Origin: Mytilus californianus
Taxonomy: Eukaryota
Direction: 5' to 3'
Assembly: GCF_021869535.1 (NCBI RefSeq)
Contig: NW_026262668.1
Span: forward strand, 15,686,001-15,750,000
DNA: 64,000 bases
Part shown: positions 37,201 through 49,233 of the stretch, in pieces
How positions within the stretch are numbered: position 1 is the stretch's first letter
How the letters are laid out: each line of letters starts with the position of its first letter
Notes under the pieces: model-generated
Told to the model about the DNA's origin: nothing
Seen by the model: only the letters and a program-made list of their open reading frames with translations
Database searches by the model: none
Position numbers and translations under genes: made by a program

Positions 37201-39052
37201 TGTAGACTTTCCACTTACATCAAGCAACACTTCCTCAGGTTATAAAAAAGATAGTATGGTCATTAAACTATCAAGACAATTTCATTTCTTGAATTAATAA
37301 CTTGTAACAACAAGTATGCTTTAGTTTCATTAAACTCTCGAAACAATGCTATCACTTGATTTAAAAGTTATCATCATATAATGTAACTACATTTATGCTT
37401 TTATAATTATTTTCTTTTTAGGTATTTTTATTGCCATGGCAACACTGACAATATTACAAAGTGACACCTTCGAAGACAGCCAATTGAGCTATAGTGGGTA
37501 CCTAGGACTTGTTGCAGATGTAATCGCTATTATCATAGCTCCGTTTTACATAATTGATGGTATAACAACAACAAAACAACTAGACAAACCACGTGACAAA
37601 CGTCAAAAGCGTTGGGACAGAACAGAGCCGCAACTACCACCTGTTCTATCCAGTTTAGCACCGGAAACTACATTCATTTTGGATCGTTGTCCGACCTATC
37701 ACTCGCAAATAATGGAAGTGTATAATGAACCTAGACCCTCTACATCTAAACAGTCGAAAAAGCGTTCATCTACACTTCTTAATATGATCAAAAACAAGAA
37801 CACAGCAACAATAAAAGAATCAGAAAAGAAAGAAGAAAAGGTAATGGAACAAGATTATAATAAAACGAATGAAGAAGACAGTAGAGAAACTACAGATAAA
37901 ATGCTATTATCTTATCCCGAAATGATTGCTTTGCAACCATTAACAGAAAAAAATGATTTCGAAAATAAACCAGAGGTGATGGATCAAGAAACGAAAGAAA
38001 TACGTGATACGGACATAGATATATTTGGTATTAAAGACGTTGCCCATAATGAGATATTAGACAAGAACCAGGATGAAAAACAAGAATTTTCAAATGAAAA
38101 GCACAAGACTGCAGATGTATACGAATCAGAATCAACGGGCTCCAAAAAGAAAAAGAAGAAGAAGAAGAAACAACACAAAGCAAAGAAACATGTAAAAGAA
38201 GAAACAGTTGATACGACAAATACAGAACAAATGGCGTTGTCAAAACTAACAACTCATGAAAAGGAAAAACAACCTGATTTTGAAAAATCTAAGACTATTG
38301 ATGCAACAAAGCCGAAGTTAGAAGAACTAGTATACGACAAAAGTGCTGAAGAAGGGGCTATAGGGGACGCACTATTACTTTATCCCGAAGTACCTGCTTT
38401 GCAACAGTCAGAAAACAATATTGTTCATTTTGAAAATAAGCAAAAATATAAACCTGATACGAATACAGGTATTGTGGACACCGGGATATTGGACAAAAAA
38501 CGCGAAAAACAAGAAGATTCAAAAGAAGCACATACGAATGAAGACATGGACGAGTCAACTGGCTCCAAAAAGAAAAAGAAGAAACATCATAAAAAAAAGA
38601 AAAAAGAAGAAACAACAGATCAGACAATTACAGAACAAACATATGAAAAAGAAGAAAGGACCGATGTTGAAAACCCACGGGTTGTTGAACTTATAAGCTC
38701 GAAGTTAGAAGAACAAGTATACGACAAAATTACTAAAGAACCCGACGTTAATGAAATATCCCATAGTGAAGAAATGAGAATAGAAGATAAAAGCGAAAGA
38801 AAAAATGACAAAAGTAAGAAAAAGAAAAAGAAAAAGAAAGATGAACTACCACACTTCTTCGAAGACTTTGTAGTAAGGTATAAAACAGAAGAAATGCCAG
38901 AATCAACCGAATTAAGTTTTGACCACTTATTGCAAGAGTCCGAAACTGCTACAACGACAGAAGAAACTATAAAGATTACAGAAAAGCCTATACCTCAAAG
39001 TACAATTAATCAAAGAGTCCTTTCTGGCAAATTTAGAATGAACAAGATATAA
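31292..39052 (+). CDS. Claudin/PMP22/EMP-superfamily tetraspan protein A with ~500-aa Lys/Glu-rich C-terminal tail; 3 exons, 661 aa
   Basis: Exons 31292-31490 (199 nt), 33776-33931 (156 nt) and 37422-39052, all GT-AG and phase 1. TM1 is followed by PSW...GFFLTC...C (W-GLW-C-C-like loop); four hydrophobic segments; TM4 ends PFYIID. Confidence 0.8.
33557..33598 (-). ncRNA. Degenerate hammerhead relic (family B) in gene A intron 1
   Basis: The minus strand reads GCGTAC-CTGGTGA-AGGTAAATCCA-GAAA-AGAGCT-TC-GGATGA. Confidence 0.5.
34273..34836 (+). mobile_element. Same-architecture hairpin element inserted in the 41-bp array
   Basis: IR pair CTTTTATCATGTACTT (34270) and AAGTATATGATAAAAAG (~34676); hairpin 34700-34823. 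The array resumes in register at 34837. Confidence 0.65.
35120..35557 (-). mobile_element. Same-architecture hairpin element inserted in the 41-bp array
   Basis: Hairpin 35124-35284; IR pair GTTTCTCTAAT and ATTAGAGAAAC. The array resumes immediately after it. Confidence 0.65.
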
Positions 39053-39241
39053 TCATATTATCGAAATAAACTACGGAAACTCTGAATATTCAAGTGTATT
39101 GGTTCATCTCTTGTTATCCGTATGTAAAGTATAAAGTATAAACAAAACTATATTAATATGGCGTGTCTAGAAATTGTCATGTACATTACTAACATAAACA
39201 GTACTAATTATACGGCGCCAGAGTACCGCATCTCAACAATA

Positions 39242-39626
39242 AATGTCTCGTCAGTGCAACATATAAACAAAGGTATGACAAACGACAATTAATGTCTAGT
39301 CAGTGCAACATATAAACAAAGGTATGACAAACGACAATTAATGTCTCGTCAGTGCAACATATAAACAAAGGTATGACAAACGACAATTAATGTCTCGTCA
39401 GTGCAACATATAAACAAAGGTATGACAAACGACAATAAATGTTTCGTCAGTGCAACATATAAACAAAGGTATGACAAACGACAATTAATGTCTCGTCAGT
39501 GCAACATATAAACAAAGGTATGACAAACGACAATTAATGTCTCGTCAGTGCAACATATAAACAAAGGTATGACAAACGACAATAAATGTCTCGTCAGTGC
39601 AACATATAAACAAAGGTATGACAAAC
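39242..39626. repeat. 49-bp minisatellite, ~8 copies
   Basis: Units start at 39242, 39291, 39340 and so on to 39585. Confidence 0.95.
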
Positions 39627-40322
39627 ACACTCTGAAATATAAAACAAAAATGTATTAAACTACTAATGTTCTCTTTCAAATGTCTACAGCTTTTTTTTCT
39701 GAAATATAACAGTTGTGACTCAATACCAGTGTTTCTTGCCTACGTAGGTAAGGATGCCATGATACCTTATTAGGAAAACATACATGGATATTTTGGGGAA
39801 ATTAATTTGTAAATGATCAATTAATCTAAGCATTTTCATATAACGTCAGAAATAGAAGTAACTTTTTTAATTTTGGTTGGTTGCTATGGTAATATGGAAT
39901 AATTACTAATTACATATACTAAAAAACTTGCTTTAAAATAACAGAAAAGGTTCATCCTCAATGGTAACTGTGATGCATAAATGCTTCAAATGTAAGTTAA
40001 TTGTGTATTACCTTGAAACTTGCACGGACTCAGCTTACCTGATGAATTGCATATTTGTAAAATAAGTCATGCAATGACAATAAAATCTATAATCTATCTG
40101 TTAAACATATGTTTGTATGAAAACATAACATATTGCTTGCAATAAGGGTATGCATGGGTGTGAATGTTGTATTGCATATCATATATATACAATTTAAATA
40201 GTTTTGAATATAATTTAAGTTATACCTTTGATGGTCTCACAGATTTGTTTATTTACTGGTATGATTAGCTCTTAAAATGGGATAACTTCTTCACTAGTAT
40301 TATCAGCTTCTTAAATGGGTTA

Positions 40323-40589
40323 CAGCAGATTCCATTGAGTGTGTAGCCAAAGGTAATATCTTTGGTTAGCTTGCTTGTTAGCTGAACCGTGAAGTCATTA
40401 TTAGGTCAGGTATACTACCCTCCTTTCGAAGTAGCATAGTCCAACAGACAGATCGATTGGTTTTCTGTCTGACTAGTCTATTCTTAAAGTAGGGTAGTTT
40501 ACCTAACCTAACAATGACTTCACGGTTCAGCTAACAAGCAAGCTAACCAAAGATATTACCTTTGGCTACACACTAAATGGAATCTGCTG
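40323..40589. mobile_element. Young Tc1/mariner-type MITE, TA TSD
   Basis: TA|CAGCAGATTCC...GGAATCTGCTG|TA, with near-perfect ~78-bp TIRs extending imperfectly to ~115 bp. Confidence 0.8.
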
Positions 40590-40904
40590 TAATTTCTTTA
40601 CTGGTATGATTAGCTCTTTTAATAATAGTTAACATCATAACAACCTGAACAAATCCCTTGATACTTGCAGATTAATCGGACCTCATATTCTTTCAAAATA
40701 ATCCACATTTCTTTTTGTTTGAATATGTATTGCTGTTGTGGTTAATATATCATAATTATACGAAATTAACCATGATCTTATTAAACTTTTTTTTTGCAAA
40801 TTGTTTATGGACTCAACTTTATTATTCAACTTGATGCGAGTGGAAGGGAAAGAACAAAAATATATACGTTTTCAGGTATATTTAGATTTTTCAGTGTGTA
40901 GATG

Positions 40905-41690
40905 ATATAGAAATAAGGAGAAGTGGTATGATTGCCAATATGACGACTTTCCGCCAGAGGCCAAATAACGTAGGAGTTAACATAGTACATGTATTTATAA
41001 AAATAAGCAGATGTGGTATGATTGCCAATGAGACAACTCTCCATCAGAGACCAAATGACATAGAAGTTAACAATCTTTATGGCACCGTGCGGCCTTCAAC
41101 AATGAGAAAAACCCATTACGCAAAGTCAGCTATAAAAGGTTGCGAAATGACAAATGTAAAACAATTCAAACGAGAAAACATACGGCCTAATTTATGAACA
41201 AAACAATGTACGAAAAACAAATATGATATACAGCAACAATCGACAACCAATGAGTTACAGGCTCCTGGCTTGGGACAGGCACATACATAATGTGTTGGGG
41301 TTAAACTAGTTGTTGGCGCCCAACCCTCCCCCTAACCTGGGACAGTGATGTAACAGTACAACATAAGAACAAACTATAAAAAATCAGTTGAAAAGGACTG
41401 AACTCATCAAATCGATACAAAGCAGAAAAACATCTAACAAAAACAAAGACCGGACATGGCAGGGTATTTATACATCCCCCAACAAAAAAAGACATTAAGT
41501 ACAGATCTGAGAGTATTCGCAGTTACTGACAGCTAATTTAAAGCAAATAACAACTAATAAAAAAATAATTCATCTAAGACTAAAATAGGAATCAGTACAC
41601 ATTCAACATCTAATGGATTTAGTGAAAAGACGTCATTAAAATTCAGAGAAAAACATGACATTGTGTGCAAGTGTTGTGTAAAGAGTTGAA
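40905..41690 (+). repeat. Long copy of the same interspersed repeat with duplicated 5' end
   Basis: Colinear with 25066-25594; the head motif occurs at both ~40916 and ~41004. Confidence 0.75.
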
Positions 41691-42200
41691 AAGTCAAAAC
41701 TATCAGCAGAATCAAAAGGACCATCAAACGCACGTAATTTATGTAACACATGCAAAGAATTTTTTACTTTTACACTCCAAAAATAGTTAATTCCACTATT
41801 TTCATATGTTTTATTACAATAGTTAATGATAAGTTCTTTAAGGAACTAGTTAAAAGCACTGAAAGAATAGTTAAAGAACACTTACTAGAGGCCGAGATGG
41901 AACGATATTTTACGGTTACTTTGCGTAGTTTAGGTAACCAATACATAAGAGGGACCTTCAAATGTCCAGAAGAGGCCTTAAAGCTGTGATGTGGTTATGA
42001 TATGACTGTTTACTATATGACTCTCTGTGGAGCGCACTGACCTGAATGTAAAAGAATTTATAATTTCATTGTAAGAACTTCTGTGTACTATTTGCGTCAT
42101 ACCACCACCACAGTTGTGGCTGCTTTGTCGGCAGGTACAAACACAAACCGCTTTGCGAATACTTGAAGTTTGATTCTTATTCTAGAAATAGGATTATTAT
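41690..42200 (-). mobile_element. Penelope-like RT N-terminal relic (inverted)
   Basis: The minus strand encodes FVFVPADKA, MYWLPKLRK..KYRSISASSKCS and FDFSTLYTT. Confidence 0.6.
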
Positions 42201-42479
42201 GTACTCTTTTATTTTAAATATTACTAAATTATTTTCAAAATGTGATATTAAACCACAAATGTGATAGGTTCAATCCACATATATCATACATGAATTTGTG
42301 TTTTAGTCACCATGCACAGTTGCTTTTTCATCAAAAAGGGAATGCATTTATACGATATAGAATATGTTTTTATAATGTAGGTAAGGATTCAAGATTACAT
42401 CATTGGAAAACATGCATGCACTATTTGTAAAATTTACTTGTAAATAAACTCATCGTAGATACCAGGATTAAAGTTGTGT

Positions 42480-42523
42480 ACGTCAGACGCGCGTTTCGTC
42501 TACAAAAGACTCATCAGTGACGC
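42480..42523 (-). ncRNA. Type I hammerhead ribozyme with intact catalytic core
   Basis: The minus strand reads GCGUCA-CUGAUGA-GUC(UUUUGUA)GAC-GAAA-C(GCGC)G-UC^UGACGU. This gives a 6-bp stem I, 3-bp stem II, short palindromic stem III and a GUC cleavage triplet. Confidence 0.85.
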
Positions 42524-42559
42524 TCGAATAAAAAAAAAATGTAAATGATTATGAAATCA

Positions 42560-43450
42560 AAAAATTTCTCCCGACATCAGCATATAATATAGAACTATTT
42601 TGGGCAATAAAATACGTTTCGGCAATAAAGTTTATCGACAGGTTGCAGTTATTCCTATGGGCACCAATTGTGCCCCTTAATAGCAGACTTGTTCCTATAC
42701 TGTTATGAATCACAGTTTATGGAAAAATTCAGAAAAGAACCGTCTTAATTCAATTTAATTGATAAATTCAACAACACTTACCGTTATCTTAATGATATTT
42801 TTTCGTTGAATAATCAAGAATTTTCTAAATATACTGCTGAAATTTACCCAAAGGAACTTACATTAAATAAATCAAATATTAACAGCAATAACTGTCCTTT
42901 CCTAGATTTAGATATTTCAGTATTACATCAGAAACTCTACACAAAAATTTACGACAAACGGGATGATTTTTCTTTCCCTATTGTTCATTTTTCTTTTTTG
43001 GGACGGTGATGCACCTTTGGCACCGTCTTACGGTGTTTATATATCCTAACTCGTTCGCTACGCTCGTGTCTGTAGTGACGTTTCGGATTTCAATGAGCGT
43101 AATCTATGTATTACTAGTAAATAATTACAGGGATTTCGTTACCACAAATTACTTAAAACCTTTACTATATTCTTCCATAGATACAAAGATTTGGTATCAA
43201 GTTTGGCTGTACCTGTAGAAAACTTATTTGAAACGGAATAGCACATCCTCAATTTTACGGTGATGTTGTTAACCGAGCCCGGAAATTAAATTACGATCCG
43301 GGTAAACTTACCAATCATTTAAATAAACTTATTCTTAAAAGTTACCTATTCAACATTGTAATTTAATCTTTGAAAATGTTTTTATTGGTATAAATATTGA
43401 TTTTGTTATCAGTAAATTTAAACCATACTAAATATTACACATATGTACTT
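42560..43450 (+). mobile_element. Penelope-like RT C-terminal relic
   Basis: YRQV..IPMGTNCAP, RYLND, EIYPKELTLNK, CPFLDLDI, IYDKRDDFSFPIV; multiple frameshifts. Confidence 0.7.
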
Positions 43451-44329
43451 TCACGATACTACAATATGTCAATGCCTATATTTTGGCATTGTACAAGGTC
43501 ATGTTTTTTCTCTGTCTCTTAATGACGTCTTTACACTATTCCATTGGATCTGCTTTAATTTTGGTAAATGAATAGGAATTTTTGTCAGATGTTCGGACTC
43601 CTTGGTTTTTTTCCTAAGATACAAGGTAAAATATTTTGCCCCATAACACCATTTTTTCTTTTCATATAAGACTTCAATAGCTCATAAAAGGTCATTTACC
43701 AAAATTAAAGCAGATTCTAGATTTCTTTTGTTTCGATTTGAGACCCAAATAATACCAATACAAATAAAAGTTAAAGTTCGAGTCAGTCTTTTCCCGCCAT
43801 TTTTTAAATATTAAATATCTCGAAAAGGAGCTCCATAACCTATCAATCTTTTTAGTTTATTTTGTTCCTTAACTAATGCTCTTCTGACTTATTGTATCAA
43901 TTTTAAATTCTAGATTTTTTTTAATTTCACCTAAGTACATCCTTAAGCCTTTTTCAACTGATTTTTATAGTTTGTTCTTATGTTGTGCTGTAACGCCACT
44001 CACTGTAGTTCAGTGGTTGTCGTTAATTCATATCTGTCATATTTGTTTTTCGTAAATTGTTTTGTTATAAATTAGGCCGTTAGTTTTCTCAATTGGACTG
44101 TTTCATATTTTTCATGTCGGAGCCTTTTATAGCCGACTATAAGGTATGTATTTTTTTCATTCTTGAAAGCCGTACGGTTGCCTATAATTGCTTACATCCA
44201 CTTCATTTGAACTTTGGTGGATAGTTGTTTCATTGGCAATCATACCACATCTCCTTATTTTTATATTAATAGTAATTATATGTACATAGTTACTAATTTT
44301 TAACAAACAAAAATAATAAATTTTCAATG

Positions 44330-44692
44330 AGAACTTGTCGCCTCAATGCTTAATATGTAGGCAATGGTGTGTTACTGTTAATTAAACACACCAAAATAAT
44401 CATATATATATCTGTAATATCGTTCCAGCGATTATAATAAATCTAATATAAAACACAACTTTTCGACGAAATTACTATAAACTCGTGACCGAATACGCTT
44501 CCGTAATATTCGTATGGTTGTATAAAATATCTTGCTCTTTAATGAAAAAAATTAATGATTGATCATCTGAACGTGAGACTTGTGTCGCCTCAATGCTATA
44601 TATGTAGGTGAAGGTATGTTTCTGTTAATTAAACACACCAACATAATTATATATCTGTAATATTGTGCCAGCAATTATGATAAAACTAATAT
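44330..44692. repeat. ~120-bp direct repeat pair, 245 bp apart
   Basis: GTCGCCTCAATGCT...TTAATTAAACACACCAA...ATCTGTAATAT at ~44330 and ~44575. Confidence 0.7.
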
Positions 44693-46142
44693 GGATCCTG
44701 TTAACATTCAAATGGAGTTAACAATTTTGAAATCAGACGAAAAGGAGTGTGCATGTTCTTATATAAACTACATTATAAATGAAATTTATTTACCTTGTAC
44801 TAACTCTTAACTTAATCTATAATGTTAAAAGATTTGGTTTTTTTTCTAAAATTCTCACAGTAATCTTCAAATATAAAATAATTACAAACTAATTATAGTT
44901 TAAAGATTATTTTTCCTCCATCTAGATGTTTCGTTAGATCTTATATATAACGCGTATGCGAAGTATATTTGAAAATTAATACTTTGTAAAAAAAATAATT
45001 TTGTCTCAAATCAATTAATTTATTGTAACATTCGTGAGAATTTAATTATAAAAAAAGTACATATATAGAATCATAATTTTATAAAACAAATATGTACCTT
45101 CAACTATGAGCAAAACCCATACCGTTCAGTAAGCGATAAAAGACCCACGCGTGACATAAGGCCTGATTTATGGTCAAAACGGTGTGGCGCACAGCATTCA
45201 ACGAAAACAACTGACTATCAGGCTCAAGACATGGGACAGACACACACATAATGTGGCGGGGTTAAAAATGTTTGTGAACACTTTATTCTCCCTTTACTTG
45301 GGGCAAGCATAACACAAGAACAAACTAATAAAGTCAGTTGGAAAATGCGTGACTCATCAGATTTGCACCAAGTACACGTAAAACTCCTAAATATTCCCAA
45401 AATTTACTAAAACTGTTTAAAGCCAATTCTATAGCTAATACATAAGTCATGTTTTCCGAAACTTAACTATCAATTAGTACACATCAAATGGATTTAGTGT
45501 AAAGACTACATATTCAGTATGAGATAAGCATGACCTTGTGCAATGCCAACATAAATATCGACAGGATGTAGAACCAAAAGTGTTCATAACGGTATTTCCA
45601 TATTTGTTTAGTCATGCTTTAATTTTTTTTTTAAAGCAAAATCAATTATAGTATCAATGAAGCCAATATTCAAATATTTTACAATGTTTAATTAAAAACC
45701 TTTCAGAATAAGTTTATTCAAAGGATCAATAAGTTTTCATGGGGTGTATCTTAATTTACGGATTCTATAAACAAAACCTCTCAAAAATTAGATGTGATAT
45801 CCATTGTAATAAGGTTTCTATAGGTACAGCCATCATGATTTCCAAACGAAATATTTGTTGACTCTCTTTACTTTACATGATGACATTTTCATCAAAAATT
45901 ATTTCTTTGGTACTGAGAGGAAGTTAGAAATTTGAAATTGTTTATAGTTTTTTTTCAATTTTTATTTTTTAAAAGGTAGTGAATTTACTATTGTTGTAAC
46001 TTATAATCGTTAATTTGCAATATGATAATTATTTCATGTAATATTCTATACAAATAAAGAAACATTCATGATTACTATTGTTTAAAACAAAACCTATTAC
46101 AAAGTCATTTCACCATGAGTGCACATAAGAAAGGGCATGTAA

Positions 46143-46388
46143 GAGGGTCTGAATGGGGTTTACAGAATAGAAAATAATGGGTAAAATATGCAGAGTAGAG
46201 GGCAAAAACGTAAAGAAAAGAGAAAAACCGACAAAATAAAATAATGAATAGAGAATTATGGGGTGCTCAAATATAAAGACTAGAGAATAATGGGCAAAAT
46301 AAATAAAGAGTAGAGAAAAATGGTCTAAAAAATTAAAGAATAAAGATATGAAGGAGTCCCCCCCCTTTTTTCCCCTATCCAGATCCTC
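46143..46388. mobile_element. Same MITE family in opposite orientation, 6-bp TSD (ATGTAA), 63 bp upstream of the gene B ATG
   Basis: ATGTAA|GAGGGTCTGAATGGGG...CCCCTATCCAGATCCTC|ATGTAA. Confidence 0.65.
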
Positions 46389-46451
46389 ATGTAATACATA
46401 TTTACTTTTGGTTAATACCGGAAGACACTATATAATTTATTAGAAGCTAGT

Positions 46452-49233
46452 ATGGAGTGCAAGAAACGTTTACTGAGGCCTAAGAGTATCCAATTGATTG
46501 CCACATATGTCGGCTTTATTCTATACTTGGCATGTTTTGCTACACCTGCATGGATTGTGTATTCTGATGGTATCGTAAAGAGAACATCAGGCCTCTTCCA
46601 AATTTGTCTGGAAAATGGTCAGAATGACTGTAGTGCTTTGGTAGCAAAAGGTATGTGTTACTTCAGTTGCACTGATACAGTAGGATGGAACAAGGTAGTT
46701 TTTTATTTGGCTCGATTTATGCAGTGTCGTATCTGGGAATGTCAGGAAGAAGGGGACTCATAAACAGAAAAAAAAACTTATAGAGGTACTGGGAACAGAG
46801 CACGGCCTCTATTTCAAATAAGATAATATATCACTATATAATATTTTTTATACATTTGTTTATGTATTATTCAAAGCAAGGTTGTTCTGCCCGTTTCGTA
46901 ATTAATCTTTAATAATAACTGTTAATTCACTTCAATGTATCACAATTTTGTCATGGATTCAACCACTTCACGTTAAACAAACAACGATCAATCACCATAT
47001 CAATCATGGATTAAACACTATCACTGCTCATTTAAAGACTTATATAGATTCGGTAAGCTGGGTTGTTATTCAATGTGGCAGTTATTCGGCGGATATTCAA
47101 TTTTCGATTGTAAAAAGAACTGCGAGTTTTTGCTCCTTTTTGAAAGCCTCACTGTGACTTTGAGATGAAGAACAGCAATAAAAGCGCTTTTCCTTTGCTT
47201 TTTTTGTGTTTTTTGCTGAGCTGAACATGTACTGATTTTGTGTCTAGGATGGATACCCATATCCTTTCTTTTCTATCAAATGTAATTATTTTATCATTTC
47301 AGATAACATGCTTAGGACAACACAACCTTTAGGATGTCTTGGCTTAGTAGCTTACTTTTGTTTCTGTGTATCTGCTACACTTGCACATTTCGGTTCAGAC
47401 AAATGGAAGATGTTGAAAGGAATCAAATTTCTAGCCTTTATCAGTGCCTTATCAGCTGGTAAGATCTGTCTAACAACCACACTCTAACTTAAAAAACAAA
47501 ACTGCTGATTTTGTAATCATAAACAAATGAATGCGACAATCTAAAATTGAATGAAAATAATCATATTTTCTTATTAATGAAAACAGTTATTATCGCAGCA
47601 GCAGTTGTAAAAAAAACCAGCATTACTATAAAGTTTAAGAAGAAAAGGGAAGATCATTTAATAATATATATTTAATTGTACGTTTTTATCGTAAGAAAAA
47701 CCAACATTACCAAACGTTTTCTCGCTGCGTTGAAGACCCATTGGTGGCCTTCGGCTGTTATCTACTGTTTGGTCGGGTTGTTGTCGCTTTGACATATTCC
47801 CCATTTCCATTCTCAATTTTATGTTTCATTCATTTTTTTTACAGACTACATGATTAATACTAGACATATAATTTTACACTATCACTTTTTGGAGGCCTAC
47901 ACAAAAAAATATCAAAACAACATTTTAAATTCACCAAAAATCTTTATACAACTGAATTTTGTTGATGTCCTACCTCAGTCAGATCTCTTCTCTTCCTTTT
48001 GTTCCAGGAACATTTGTTGCAATAGCCCATCTCTTGATCCTTCAGAGCAAGGTAGAATACAATTCAAGCCTGGGATACAGTGGTATTATTGGAGTGATTT
48101 CTGTTTTCATAGCGCTTATTCTCTGTCCGTTTTATATATTGGATGGAATGAAAGCTAAAGGTCTGACTATCAAAAAGAAACCTTTCTCACCTAACATCCC
48201 ACCACAATCCTATCAGCACGAGGATACATTTGCCTGGTCGGACGGAATGAAAGCTAATGACCGGACTATGAAAAATAAACATTTCTCAGCTAACATTCCA
48301 CCACAATCATATCGCCACGAGGACTCGTTTGCCTGGTCGGAAACTAAATTCTGTGAACCCGTAAGACATTGTGAACCTAGCGAGCCTAGTGTCAATGAAA
48401 CTATTGAAGAAGAATCAAGTACATCGCCTAAACTTCTTCCATACAAACCAACCCCGATTCTGAAGGAACCTACATTGATTGATTTAGAACTGGATGCCGA
48501 CGATTCAATAGATGAACTAGAAAAAGACGAGGAATTGGATGATATTAACCTAAAACCTTCTCGTACTCTAGTCCCTCTTAAATCTGCAACATCTTTATAC
48601 TTTACCAATAAAGGCTTTACTCCTGACTTTGATGATGACTTTTATGAGTTACTGTCAGCAGATCCATATCGATATTTACAACCAGTTACACCACTGCCGG
48701 AAAATCTGACCGAAACACCCCAAACCCCCGTCCTGCCATATGTTCAGGAAACAGAAATGGAAGACAAAGGACTTGAGTCTCCGGATCTTACATGCCCGAC
48801 TCATGAAGCTATAACATCCGAAAATACCACTGATTGTGAAGCGCCACCTACTCCCGTTCCGCCATTCATACAGGATTGTGAATTTAAGGACGATGAACTA
48901 TGTTCATTAGGTCGTTCAGCATGTTCGACACCTATATCTGTAACATCCGATAAGCATGACCTATCAGTTTATGAAAGCGAAAATGAAGACGATTCATTAA
49001 CAACAAGCGAAGAAAACAGTGAAAAAGGGGAGACAACAAGAAATATGGACAAAAACAAGAATGATTTCAACAACGAGCAAAATCATGAAAATTCTATTTA
49101 TTTTGAAGATAAGGAGGGCGATGTTGAGGATATTACTTCAGATAAACAACCTCCGCGAAAAGCTCTGCCTGTACCAACTTTAGATTTAATACAGCTTTAT
49201 CGAGATGAAAATTCAGATACAGAAGATTTTTAA
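46452..49233 (+). CDS. Claudin/PMP22-like tetraspan protein B with ~360-aa acidic/Pro-rich tail; 3 exons, 526 aa
   Basis: Exons 46452-46650 (199 nt), 47303-47458 (156 nt) and 48008-49233. Exon 1 and 2 sizes and phases are identical to gene A. Loop PAW...SGLFQIC...C; TM4 ends PFYILD. Confidence 0.82.

Noticed and set aside
37984-38811. Hydrophobic minus-strand ORFs
   Set aside because: Antisense shadows of the Lys/Glu-rich tail of gene A.
30327-39626. CRISPR-like appearance of the 70-, 41- and 49-bp arrays
   Set aside because: Units are contiguous with no unique spacers, there are no cas genes, and the context is eukaryotic.
43550-43950. Full Kolobok-type MITE
   Set aside because: Only one plausible terminus (CCTAAGTACATCCTTAA) and an internal IR are visible; the other end was not found.
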